A DNA stretch of 62,782 bases, filler included, from Reclinomonas americana ATCC 50394 (taxonomy: Eukaryota), in the NCBI GenBank assembly GCA_048213135.1. It is 47 parts of 47 records of this genome, joined end to end, with 100 filler letters (N's around TTAATTAATTAA, not from the genome) between each part and the next. Parts side by side here need not be neighbours in the genome. Positions count along the whole stretch, not along the records: positions 22,826 to 24,062 come from AFZH01026026.1; positions 24,163 to 25,403 come from AFZH01026027.1; positions 25,504 to 26,741 come from AFZH01026028.1; positions 26,842 to 28,080 come from AFZH01026029.1; positions 28,181 to 29,418 come from AFZH01026030.1; positions 29,519 to 30,756 come from AFZH01026031.1; positions 30,857 to 32,095 come from AFZH01026032.1; positions 32,196 to 33,432 come from AFZH01026033.1; 39 more parts are not named here. One strand, written 5' to 3'. A program made the translations under genes and the position numbers. Within the stretch, counting starts at the first letter, position 1. Every line of letters starts with the position of its first letter. Of the stretch, positions 22,826 to 34,760 are shown one piece after another. The notes below the pieces were generated by a model. The model did not search any database, was not told the DNA's origin, and saw only the letters and a program-made list of their open reading frames with translations.

Positions 22826-24040
22826 ACCATTGGACTGCGTGCGCGCCTGGGCGGTGCTCCAACTGCCGTTGCCAGCCTGATTGTCGGCACGAATGCGCAG
22901 GTCGTACAACGCTCCCCGAGCGAGACCCTTGATGGTCACCGCCTGTGCAGACGGCGACGGCAGCGTGACTGGGAACCAGTTGGTGCCATTCACGCGGCGG
23001 TACTGTAGCTCGTAGTTGAGCTTGGTCGGATCCGAGGTGCCGGCGTCGAGCGGAGGCTGCCAGGTGGCGCTCAGTGCGCCCAGCTCCTGACCGTCGGAGG
23101 TCACCATGAATGACTGCGGTGTGCTCGACACTGTGTCGAGAATGAAACAAGCAAGGGTGAGCCACAACACAATTATTTTTCTTGCCCTACTCCTCTCGTT
23201 CCCCTTCAACGCAACGCATGGGCTTGGTGCGAATTGAGTTGGGCGACGGCTGTCCCGGCCGACGCTGACGCACAGCATTGTTGTAGGCATACACCGACAC
23301 ATTGGTGTAGACAGTGTCGGGCTTGAGGCCGGACAAGGCGAACGTGGTCGATGCGCCGATAATCTCCGGGCCCCACTTCATCACCGTGGTTCCCGTGCTG
23401 TCGTTCTGCGTCACCTCCACGCCGTAGCCGGTCACCGGCTGGGTGGCGTTGCTGCTGCCTGTGGTGGCGCGCACCATCGTGTCGGAGGCGTTGCCGAGGG
23501 CAATGTCGTTGGTCTGCGTCGTGCTGCCGCTGCCAGTTGACGAGCCCGACCCCGTGGACGAGCCAGTGCCCGTGCTAGTGCCAGTGCCGGTGCTCGTGCC
23601 AGTGCCCGTCGACGATCCGGTCCCGGTGGAGGAACCGGCGCCAGTGGACGCCGCGGAGCCTTCGCCGTTGGGCCCGATCCAGGCCAGCGTGAACCCAGTG
23701 CTGGTGATGTTGCCGACGCTGGTGACGGGGCGGAACGACGGGTCCTCCACCGGCAGCAATCCAGGAATGCCCGACATGACCACCGAGTTGCCGGCCTGGC
23801 CGCACAGGTGCGCATTGCCGGTCTGGTTCACCGTCACGTCGACAGTGAGGAATGCGCCATTGGCGGAAGCACTGACGGTTCCAATGTTGCCAATGGCATC
23901 GTTTGCCGTACCGCAGCCGGTTACCGACTCGGGCAGCACGCGGAACTGCATGTCGCTGCCGAGACCGCCGCCGGCGACAGTGACGGTGGTGACCTCGCCA
24001 CGGACAACGTACTCGAGGTTGATAATGGACTCGAACCAGG
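22826..24040 (-). CDS. Fibronectin type III repeat surface protein with a (GTGSST)n linker (partial)
   Basis: ITSTGFTLAW...LSGLKPDTVY..VSVYAYN..; ATWQPP...YELQYR...GLARGALYDLRIRADNQAGNGSWS. Confidence 0.9.
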
Positions 24041-24162
24041 CTGCACGGTGGGGGGAAAAGAGNNNNNNNNNNNNNNNNNNNNNNNNNNNNNNNNNNNNNN
24101 NNNNNNTTAATTAATTAANNNNNNNNNNNNNNNNNNNNNNNNNNNNNNNNNNNNNNNNNNNN

Positions 24163-24631
24163 ATGTCGTGGAGAGGTCGCTCACCGACTGGAAGTGGCGC
24201 TGGTGGTGGTAGTGGTAGTGCTGGCCATGGTGGCAAAGGATCACGCGTGTCACCACCACGAGCCGAGCGCATGCGGTTTGAGGTCACTGAGGAGCTGGTC
24301 AATGGCGACGAGGCTCTCGGCTATCTCAACCACCAATTAAACGCTGGTGAGGTCTTGCTTATGTTGCGCGCACGTCTTTCGTGTGTTGGCTGGCACCAAC
24401 GCGCGCACAGTCGTTCGCGAGGGGTTGATCGAGCTGGCCAAGCGGAGACCGCCAAATCCCATTGTTGCGTGGTTGCTCTCTTTCACGGGATGTCCGAGGT
24501 CTGTCTCATGCTCACGCGTTGTTGTTGTTGGATGATAGCGTTGGCTGGGTGACTGGCTGCAACAGCGTGCGGAGCAGGAGGCGGCGGCCGCTGCTGGTGC
24601 AGTCTCGTCGCCCAGTGGACGTTTGAGGTGA
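24163..24631 (+). CDS. Dpy-30 motif protein
   Basis: Introns 24347-24410 and 24464-24538 give GYLNHQLNAVVREGLIELAKRRPPNPIRWLGDWL, the Dpy-30 consensus. Confidence 0.85.
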
Positions 24632-24765
24632 CGCAACGAATGAATGATCCTTTATGAGTTTGTGTGTACATCACGAGTGTGTCTGTGTGCGTGTGCGCGC
24701 TGTCGCTCGCTCTTGCTGTGGGCGGGCCCCGCAGAAAGGGAGAGAGTCACAAAGAGAGCGACAGG

Positions 24766-25297
24766 TCAACAACGGCAACCACCGCCGGCGTCTGCTGTGC
24801 CGGCCGCTGAGGACGACGAGGCGTCGGCCAGTGGTTGCTCGGCACTGTCCTTGACCTGTACACCTCTTGCGCCGACCAGTTCCGTGGCTTGTGCAGGTGC
24901 GCCCAAGCCGCCTACACGCGCGTGCATTGAGCAACTGAAGATCAGCAGCCGGCGACTGGGGAAGCCGCCAAACCTTCGTCCAGCTTCACCAGAAGCTTTT
25001 GTGCGGTCTTGAAGAATACCTCGTTCACCATCTCACCCGTGAGTGCGCTGACCTCGAGAAAGATGAGATCTGCGCGTGAAGCGCCGCGTGGCTATCAGAG
25101 GACACGTATGTGCCTGCACACACAAAGGCCGCGACCACGAACCGTGTTCTTGAGCGAACCGACTGGCCTCCAGGAAGCTCACTGCGCGCCGATCCTTCAG
25201 ATCGATCTTGTTGCCGACCAGCACCGTAACTGGCTCCTGGCCCGACAAGCTCTGTGAGTCGCTCAGCCACCTCGGCAAGCTCTCAAATGTTGCCGCA
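24766..25297 (-). CDS. RAB4: Rab GTPase, Rab4-like (5'-partial)
   Basis: TFESLPRWLSD...VLVGNKIDL...VSFLEASRFAQE|DLIFLEVSALTGE.V.EVF; spliced C-terminus ends in GGGCRC* (CXC prenylation motif). Confidence 0.85.
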
Positions 25298-25318
25298 CTG
25301 CACAACCGCCCAGTGAGC

Positions 25319-25403
<85 letters not shown>

Positions 25404-25503
25404 NNNNNNNNNNNNNNNNNNNNNNNNNNNNNNNNNNNNNNNNNNNNTTAATTAATTAANNNNNNNNNNNNNNNNNNNNNNNNNNNNNNNNNNNNNNNNN
25501 NNN

Positions 25504-25770
25504 GCCGGCATCCTGATCGCGCCGATCACAACGGCCTCGGTCTTCATCGGCCTCGGCATCGCGCTGAAGGCCTTCTCGGCCGCGATCGTCGGCGGCCTGA
25601 CCAGCCCGCGCGGCTGCATGCTCGGTGGCTTCCTGCTCGGGATCGTCGAGGCGCTGGTCGGGCTCTGGCGCGCCGAGATGCGCGAGATCACCATCTTCCT
25701 GCTGATCATCATCGTCCTCGTCGTCCGCCCGAGCGGGCTGATGGGCGCGCGCAGCGTGGAGAAGATCTGA
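25504..25770 (+). CDS. livH: Branched-chain amino acid ABC transporter permease, LivH-like (5'-partial), bacterial
   Basis: LKAFSAAIVGGL...GGFLLGIVE...VRPSGLMG; TGATG overlap with the next gene. Confidence 0.9.
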   Translation, partial: AGILIAPITTASVFIGLGIALKAFSAAIVGGLTSPRGCMLGGFLLGIVEALVGLWRAEMREITIFLLIIIVLVVRPSGLMGARSVEKI

Positions 25771-26741
25771 TGCCGGCGCTCGCCCACGCCATCGGGCTGG
25801 CGGTGCTGGCAGCAGCGCTGGCGCTCGTGCCCCTGTTCGGCCTGAACGACTTCTACCTCCAGATCCTGTTCACGATCGGGGTGAACTATCTCGCTGCCGC
25901 GGGCCTCAACGTGCTCGTCGGCTATGCCGGCCAGAAATCGCTGGGCCATGCCGGGCTCTTCGCCGTCGGCGCCTATACCGCGGCGATCGCCAATATCGAA
26001 TGGGGCCTCTCGCCCTGGCTGTCGCTGCTCTTGGCCTGCGGCTTCGGCGCGATCTTCGGCCTCGTCATCGCCATGCCGTCGGTCCGTGTCTCGGGGCCGA
26101 GCCTTGCCATGGTGACGATCGGCTTCGGCATCGTCGTCGAGAAGATCGTCACGGAATGGACCGACATCTTCAAGGGCCAGGCCGGCTTCTACGGCATCAA
26201 CGCGCCATCCATAGCCGGCGTCAGCTTCACCAACCTGCACTGGGTCTGGTTCGTCGGCGCGCTCTGCATCGCGACCCATCTGATGCTGCGCTCGCTGCTC
26301 GCCGGCCGCTATGGGCGGGCCTTCCTCGCGGTGCAGATGGCCGAGCCGGCGGCGCAGTCGGTCGGCATCTCCGTGGTGCGGGCCAAGACGCTAGCCTTCG
26401 TGATCTCGGCTCTGACTTGCGCGCTCGCCGGCGCCGTGGTCGCGCAGCAGAACCAGTATTTCAACTCCGACTTCATCACCTTCAACCTGTCGATCTTCCT
26501 GCTGGTCGTGGTGATCTTCGGCGGCTCGGGCTCGCTCTACGGGCCGCTGTTCGGCGCCGTGATCCTGACGCTGCTCGATGCCTGGCTGGCGCGCTGGCCG
26601 GCGCTGCAGCACTTCACCTATGGCGCGCTGCTGCTGTTCTCGCTCTACCTGATGCCGAACGGCATCGCCGGTGCCGTCTCCGGCTTCGCTGCGCGCTGGC
26701 GACAGGGCAAAGTGGCTGCGCCCGTGGTCGCCGGCCACAGC
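25770..26741 (+). CDS. livM: Branched-chain amino acid ABC transporter permease, LivM-like (3'-partial), bacterial
   Basis: GLNVLVGYAGQKSLGHAGLFAVGAY, LAMVTIGF, GRAFLAV, GGSGSLYGPLFGA, MPNGI. Confidence 0.92.
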
Positions 26742-26897
26742 NNNNNNNNNNNNNNNNNNNNNNNNNNNNNNNNNNNNNNNNNNNNTTAATTAATTAANNN
26801 NNNNNNNNNNNNNNNNNNNNNNNNNNNNNNNNNNNNNNNNNAGAGAGAAAGAGAGTGTGTGTGTCTGTGTGTGTGTGTCTGTGTGTGTGTGTGTGTG

Positions 26898-26935
<38 letters not shown>

Positions 26936-27029
26936 AGTGAGTGAGTGTGAGTGTGTCTGAGTGAGTGAGTGGGGGAGTAAGTGAGTGAGGGAGTGAGTGC
27001 TTTAGCGTGGCCTTCTCTCACTCACTCAC

Positions 27030-27065
<36 letters not shown>

Positions 27066-28180
27066 CTGCACCCAGTCACTCACTTACTCTATGTGTGTGC
27101 AAGTCACTCAGTGTATTTGTGGGTGTACAAGTGAGAGTGTGAGAGAGTGAGTGAGTGAGTGAGTGAGTGTGTGTGTGTGTGTGTGTGTGCAAGACGCTCA
27201 CACACTACCACATGCTCTGACAGTGCGTTTGTGTGCAAGACAGAGGGAGAGAGAGAGAGAACGACTTGAAGTTCGCCCATCAAAGTGCCCCTCTGTCTCC
27301 CACAGTCAAAGTGCCTTTTCTCTCTTTCCTCACTCACCACCATGATAACCACAGCTAATGAGCACAACAACAGCACATTATTGCGTCGTCTTCTTGCTCT
27401 GCTGCACCACCACACAGACGATGAATCTCGCATGTTTGCGTGCTTCTTCTTCTTGTTGTGCAGCACAAGCAAAGGGAGAGAGAGAAGAGAGAGAGACACA
27501 GAGACACACGCGCGCGTGAGAGTGCGGGGAAATAGCGCGTGTGTGACTCCCCTCTGCTGCTCTCTGCGTGTCAAGTTGAATGTGCGTTGACTTTGAAATT
27601 TGCCAAGTTGGTCGCGTGCGAACGATTGGTTCATCGCCACAAACGCGCACCTGATCAGTGTCCGTCTCTCCCTCTCTCTCGCTGTGAGTGTGTCTTCGCT
27701 GTGTCTCTCCGCGTTTGCCTCTGTGGCGGAGTGTGGCGACCGGACATTATTACTGGTTGCCGTTTTTTGGTTCGCGTTGTCGCTGAAATGCGTGTCATGA
27801 TGATTGCGCTCTTGCAATGTGTGTGTGCTGGGAGAGGTGTTGGTGAGTGGGTGAGTGGGTGAGTGGGTGAGTGGGTGAGTGGGGGAGTGGAGCTGTTGAT
27901 TGTATCGGACACATTGCCGAATGTGGAAAACACCGGCAATCAATACAGATGCACAAAGATTGACCTCCTCCTCGTTGCTGGCGTTCTGCAAAATGGAGAT
28001 GCATGACCAGTGTGCGAGAGCGACGACGAGGAGCGGACCGCAACTTGGACCAAGAAACTTTGCGGACTTGATAACAATAANNNNNNNNNNNNNNNNNNNN
28101 NNNNNNNNNNNNNNNNNNNNNNNNTTAATTAATTAANNNNNNNNNNNNNNNNNNNNNNNNNNNNNNNNNNNNNNNNNNNN

Positions 28181-28820
28181 TCAAGAACTGCAATCTTCAC
28201 CGCATAAGCGTGGTTCACCAGGGGATTTGACGCACTTGCAGACGCATAGCGTTGAACGAGTCGTCTGCGTTAACAGCAGACTTCGTTGGCGAAGGAGCAC
28301 GTCAACTCCACCACCTGGACCGAGCAGAGATCTCACCAGTCCCCTCTCTGGTATGAACCAGATGGGTGAGGTCCGGCTTGAGCCTGGCCAAGTTGGCGTG
28401 GTTGGCAAAGTCCACCGCCGCAGGCAGCAAACCAATGTCGACACACTCGCGCAACAGCTGGCACGCCACACCGTCCACCTTGGGGCGCCGCACCAGAGCC
28501 GCGTGAAGGACGCCAAACACGTTGTCGTGGCGCGTCGTCAACAAGCCCTTCAGCTTTTCACAGCCGTTGAGCAAGTGACCGAGCGACTCCGACTCCTTGC
28601 CACAAAGTGGGCACAGCGACGCGGGGCCACCAGGGTTGCCGATGAAGACCGCCGCCTTGTTGTTGAGCATGACGGAGTTGGTCCGCATCTTGCACAGGAA
28701 GCGCTGATCCTTCTCGCTGATGACGTTGCCCTGAGCCACCACGTCATGGGTTCCAACAGCAGCCTTCTGCAGAGAGTCGACAAAGGCCAGCCCACAAGAT
28801 GACGCTTGGAGCAGAAGTGT
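28181..28820 (-). mobile_element. Decayed RLE-type (R2/NeSL/HERO-like) non-LTR retrotransposon: CCHC knuckle plus restriction-like endonuclease
   Basis: RFLCKMRTN...CPLCGKESESLGHLLNGC...TTRHDNV...RLKPDL, then after a frameshift VQVVELTCSFANE and ...AYAVKIAVL. Confidence 0.85.
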
Positions 28821-29649
28821 AACATCGCAGGCAAAAAGCGAGAGGCAAACGGAAACACAACACCACCGTCAGCCAGCCGTCCGACCACCATGGCCAGCGG
28901 AGGCTGACCAGCACACTGATACCCAACTTCAGAGCGTGCCCGAGAGCAACACCCATCAGATTGGAGCGAACAGCGCGACGATCGCGAGGAGCGCTTCGGA
29001 TCAGTGGCCACTTGAAACCGAATACCTGCAACAGGAGCAACCGCAGCAGCACCAGCCGGAGGAGCAACAGGAGACAACAACACAGAGAAATACCGCTGTG
29101 CACGTGGCGAGTGGCGCAGCTGTTGGCGATTGACGTCTGCGACCTCCTCGTTCGTTTGTCGCAGCGGTCGGCAACGGCGAAAAATCGTCAACACGACCAT
29201 TACTTCTCTCACATACCGTACTCTCTTTCGACGGTTTGGCGTCGCTTTGGATCCGCCGGGTCCGGGGTGCCCCGGTGTCGGTACATGCAGCGTCGGAGAA
29301 GCACCATTGATGCCACAGCACCATACGCATCTCGCGGAGGCAGCGCGAGTCTGTGTCAGCTTCAGTAATGCATCTCCTGCACGGTTGCCAGAGCCACGCG
29401 CGCACATTCCAGCTCGCANNNNNNNNNNNNNNNNNNNNNNNNNNNNNNNNNNNNNNNNNNNNTTAATTAATTAANNNNNNNNNNNNNNNNNNNNNNNNNN
29501 NNNNNNNNNNNNNNNNNNCAGCGTCGTGCACAGCGCATCGCACAACAGAGGGCGAATCTCAAAATGTTCTTTTGTGTCTCACTCTCCACGTTCAGACAAC
29601 AACTTGCCTTTTTCATGCGTTTGTGCTGTCGCAGAAAGTTGAACAGGAA

Positions 29650-30756
29650 TCCCAAGTGATCACGCAGCACAGGTCGCAAGTGGAAGCTCGTCACGTGGCC
29701 GCAGTACTGCACCAAGTTCTGCGCAGCACACAATGTTGGACACACAAACTCGCCAGATGCGGAGATACGGACATCTGACTCACGGCAAATATCTTCAGCC
29801 GATAATCAAAGCCACCCAACACCACCGAGCACAGCTTGGGGAAGCGCGATTCCACCAGGCCCGTCACCACCTCGTGCGTGAACGGACGGTTGCGGTCGAC
29901 ATTTTCAAACCACACACCCTCCAGATTCGCATTTGCACATCTGCAACACACAACAAAAACCAAGGGGTCATGCATCTCGCACATGCACCGGGATGCACAG
30001 TCACAAACGCACCTGTCTTGCAACAGCACATTGTCGGTCAGCAGCGGGCACTTGCGCATGGAGAGACTCCGAATGGATTTGCAGTTCTCGAGCAAGCACG
30101 CCACCGACTCGTCAGTGATGTGCAGGCAGTCGTCCAGGTACACGTTGACGAGATGCGCCAGACGAGCGGCGGAGGTGATGAAGGCGTAGTCGGTGATACT
30201 CGGCTGCTGACATGACAAAAACGGCTGCTCGCCAGGGACGCACGGCCGCACTTGAATTACCTGGTAGGGATGATGGTGAGTGAGAAAATACAGGGAGATT
30301 TTTGTGGGGTGGTGCGAATGGCGTTACCGTGTGGTGCTCGGAGACCGCCTGCAGCGTCTTGAGATCCTGGCAGCGCGACCACAGGTTGTGCAGGCAGACA
30401 TCGCTGGCGACGCATCGAATGAGACTGAGAGCGGTCAGCGAGCGGAAGCGCGTGGAGATCTGGTCCAGGTGCGTGGGGTGAATCTCTTGCAGCAGTCTGC
30501 GAGTGCATACGTCAGCAAAATGCGTGCGGGGGTAAGCACATGAGCACATGTGTGTGTGTGCACGGAACTGCACGGCAATTGATTTTAGCTTCGGGCTGTT
30601 GTTGATCATGCGGAAGATATCATTCATGGACGTGGTCTGCGGGAAATTCGGCCGTGGTGCGCCTTGCGGTGGGGCTGCGGGGTCTAGTTGTTCAAAGTAA
30701 AAGTCCTCCAGTGCAGGCAAGTCCATGGTCATCACCAGTGCACGGGAAGACCCTGT
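29650..30756 (-). CDS. FBXL-type leucine-rich repeat protein (partial)
   Basis: LTALSLIRC..SDVCLHNLWSRCQDLKTL, VYLDDCLHITDESVACLLENCKSIRSLSMRKCPLLTD cysteine-containing LRRs. Confidence 0.85.
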
Positions 30757-30894
30757 NNNNNNNNNNNNNNNNNNNNNNNNNNNNNNNNNNNNNNNNNNNN
30801 TTAATTAATTAANNNNNNNNNNNNNNNNNNNNNNNNNNNNNNNNNNNNNNNNNNNNTGTGTGTGTCTCATTTATAACCCTGTTTTGTGCTGCAG

Positions 30895-32095
30895 TGGGAT
30901 CTGGCATCAACTTTTCACCAGCAACAGTGTCGTTGGAGTTGGTGGGAGCGCCAGTGACTGTGACGGGTCGTGCACTGTCGCTACTGGACACCATCACGCT
31001 GCAGAGTAGCGCTGCGTGTGACGGTTCTGGCCGCGTGGTGACGCTTGTGAATCAGTCGCCGATTGGCGGTATCGTGGGTGCGCGTTTGCTGACAACGACG
31101 GTGGGGTCGATCAACGATTTGCTGGATGTGCACTATGGATCGTACGCTGTGTGCGGACTGTTCCGCAGTCGACCGACGACCATGCAAGTTGGCACGACGA
31201 TGATTGTCGCACGTGAGTTGTTCTGCACGATTGAGTGTCGCATACATTAGTCTCATTTCTTCGTGTCCATTTTGTCTTTTCCTCGTGGTGATGGGTGCTG
31301 CAGAGCCGGTGCCGTTGTCGTTCTCGCCGGCGGTGATACATTTCAACGGAGGAGGTGCGTTATTCACTGTGACGGGTCGCGGTCTGGCAGCCACAGATGT
31401 TGTTGGTCTTGCGTTGGGAAGCACGTGTCCTGGTGGTGCGGTGTCTCCCACGATGGTGACTGTGGCGCGGAATGGTGTGGCGGGAACGCGGCTGCTTGTT
31501 GTGACTGCAAAAGGGTCGACGCCGGTGACGGCGGCGGGTCTGTATGCGGTGTGCGTGCAGTATCGCGGAGCGGGTGTGTTCACGCAAGCAGGGACTGCGC
31601 AGCTCAATGTCGGTGAGTTTTTTTTTATTGCGCACCGGAACAACATACCCGTGCGTGTGCGTCTGACTGTCTTGTTATTGTTGTTCTGCAGCCTCGGTAA
31701 CTGCAGCAGATGCGCCTGCGATCCCACGTCTGGACGGTCGCATTGTGCGACTGAACGGTGCATTCATGGTGGATGTGTCGACTGACACATCGGCTCTGCT
31801 GATTGCTGCATCGTGCACGACTCCGAATTCGAATGCACCAACTGCGGTCGCGGGCTTGAGTGTTGTCAGCTCGTTTGTGAGCGGCACTGTGACGTCACTT
31901 GTTGTGAATGCATCAACGGTGACGAGTGGGTCGTACTCTGTTTGTGTGCGCTGGCTTCCAACGAACGCGTATTCGACTGCGGCGGCGCTCAACGTCGGTG
32001 AGCTTGTTGTGTGTGTGTGTTGTGTGCTTGATTTCTTGCAAACGTGGCACTGAGCACTCTCTCTGTGCGCCTTGTTGCACAGTTACCACGACGTC
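30895..32095 (+). CDS. Surface protein with about 100-aa beta-rich repeats, one per exon (partial)
   Basis: Three units of form FSP...TVTGR.L...D...C...G.Y.VC......G...L.V, separated by phase-1 introns. Confidence 0.75.
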
Positions 32096-32195
32096 NNNNN
32101 NNNNNNNNNNNNNNNNNNNNNNNNNNNNNNNNNNNNNNNTTAATTAATTAANNNNNNNNNNNNNNNNNNNNNNNNNNNNNNNNNNNNNNNNNNNN

Positions 32196-33414
32196 CCGTG
32201 ACAGTTGGTGGCAACGGACTGCTGCTGCCGACGGGAACGCCGCCGTTCACGTTCAGTGTGTGCGTGCAGTACTCGCCGACACCTGGATCGTACTTCAAGG
32301 TCGGGACGACGGAGTTTACTGGAGGTGAGTTGATTGTGGGGGGAAGAGGGGAGGGGAATCGGAGGAGAATGAGTTGGATGACTGACTTTGTGGCACACAA
32401 CAGTGTCGACGACGTCTGGATTCACGCCGAGTGTGATCAATCGAGTGGGAGCTGGAGCGGCGTTTACGGTTCTCGGGCGCGGTCTGTCGACGAATGATGT
32501 TGTGCGACTGGAGGTGGGATCGATGACGTGCACGGCGAGTGGCGGCAGCTTCCCGGTGATGGTGAATGGGTCGGTGAGCGGCGGACCGGGAGCGCGACAA
32601 CTTGCGGTGACAGCGCAGGGTGCGACGGCGGCGGCTGTGAGTGCCGGATACTGTGCAGTGTGCATCCAGTTCGGCGGCGTCGGCAATTTTTCACTTGTCG
32701 GGTCGGTGCAACTCATTGTGGCTGACGCGACGTCTGCGAATCCACCTGCGATGGCCGCGCTGTCTGGGCGAACGATTCAGATCAGCGGCACTGCGATGCC
32801 AGACGTGAGCACCGATCCGCTGGCGTTTGTGCTGACGTCGGGAACGTGCACTGGCACGCCGTCGAGTGTGGTGACGATGACGAGCGTGCGGACGGTGGAC
32901 ACTCTGATCACGCTGACGATTGACGCCAGCGCGACTGCAGCCGGGGCGTACACGGTGTGTGTGCGGTGGCTGACGACGAGTGCATACACAACGGCAAGTG
33001 GGTCAGCGACGACTCTGAATGTTGGTGAGTATTTTGGGAAGGAGCTTGGTGGGGCAAGTGAGTGAGTGAGTGAGTGAGTGAGTGACTGACACTGTGGTTT
33101 ATGTGCACGCACAGCCACGTGGTCAACTCAGGTACCTCGAGCCGTGTTCACGGTGACGACACCGAGCCAGACGATCGCGTTGACGGGAAGCTCGTTGGTG
33201 AGTGTGAGCGGCGACACGGCGGCGTTTGTGATTTCGACGAGTTGTGCGGTGGCGGCGACGACTGCCGTGATCAGTGTGTCGTCGTCGACGCTGCCGACGA
33301 GCATGGTGCTTGCGGTGAATGCGAGCAGTGTGGCGGCGGGGTCATATGTACTGTGTGTGCGATGGAGCAATGCTGCGTTTGCGCAGTACACGCAAGTTGG
33401 GAGCCTTGGAGTTG
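32196..33414 (+). CDS. Same repeat-protein family as 30895-32095 (partial)
   Basis: Units ending FSVCVQY..., GYCAVCIQF..., GAYTVCVRW..., GSYVLCVRW...; phase-1 introns after L.V. Confidence 0.75.
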
Positions 33415-33720
33415 GTGAGTAGCAGTGGGAGTNNNNNNNNNNNNNNNNNNNNNNNNNNNNNNNNNNNNNNNNNNNNTTAATTAATTAANNNNNNNNNNNN
33501 NNNNNNNNNNNNNNNNNNNNNNNNNNNNNNNNAAGAGAAAGAGAAAGACAAGAGAAGAGGAAAAGGAAGAGGAAGAGGAAGAGAGAGAGATCTAGAGGGA
33601 GACAAGAGAGTAACAGACAAAAGAACGAACGGCGAACAACTCGAGAATGCACGTGCGGAGGGGGGGGGGTGGTGGAGAGAGTAAACCTGACAACAATATG
33701 GCGGACAGCATCACACTCAC

Positions 33721-33927
33721 CGCACATGCATTGCCACCGCGGCCTCCTTCCGCACCGTCGTCAACACCACCTGCCGCTCCGCCACATTCGCACAGCGGAA
33801 GACCTTCAGCGCAAACGCATCGGAGAGCTGCCACTGCACGCGGTACACCACGGCGCTGGCACCACGACCAATTTCGTTGATTATTGTCAGCTCGGTGAAT
33901 GGCACCTCAAAGATCTGCTGTGGCTGT

Positions 33928-33958
<31 letters not shown>

Positions 33959-34308
33959 CCTCACCACGCGGAAGGACCTCCAGCACGGCGCGCAGATGAA
34001 TGTCCTCCTCGTACGGATAATGAGGAGGAGCGATGGTGCCGGCCGGAAGATCTAGAGCGCGAGGGCGATATGCACCTCGGCAAACGGGACACTCATGGGC
34101 GCGATACACTTGCACACAGGCGAGGCAACTGTGCGAGAGGGAATGAATGGCGGCTGGCAAGGGCGTGCAGAGGACAACACGCGGCGACGAACATGGCGTG
34201 GCCATTGCCACACGGCACCACCATCGGCCTGCGCTCGCCAGTGTCGAATGACTCATAGCAGATGGGGCATCGAATGGCGTCGTCCAGTGCACCCGCGCGG
34301 TCTCCCAT
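33721..34308 (-). CDS. N-terminal RING-HC finger fused to a TKL-like kinase N-lobe (3'-partial)
   Basis: Intron 34192-34129 joins CPICYESF...PMVVPCGNGHAICLAC...CPVCR; poly-Q; EVPFTELTIINEIGRGASAVVY...FALK...KE. Confidence 0.85.
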
Positions 34309-34703
34309 CTTCTGTCACACACGGATTAACTCTGTTGTCCTGCAGAGTTGCAACTTCGCGACATTCACACGAATAAGGCAAGAACGTGGCTTACTTGTCT
34401 CCTTCTTCCCCCCTCACTCTCTATCACACTAACACGCCCTTCTCTCTCCCTCATCCGCACTTGCCTTTTCTCCTCCGTCCCACACAAATCTTTTCTGTCC
34501 GGTTTCTTTGTAACGTTCGATTTTCTTCTCCAATCATCATGCCACGCGATGGTATGCATTACACCCTCCCTCCTCTCCCTTCCACTCACACACAGACTTA
34601 CCCTCGAGTTGCTGCAGAGGACACCACCACCGTTGACCTCCCCGCCAGCGATGATGACGATGATGATGATGAGAAGGATGGGAGGAGGAGCAATGAGGTG
34701 TGT

Positions 34704-34760
<57 letters not shown>

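Noticed and set aside
26842..28080. 295-aa ORF 27104-27991
   Set aside because: Crosses (GAGT)n/(GT)n repeats and probable UTR or intron; at most a short signal-anchor exon near 27335-27433, which is not identifiable.
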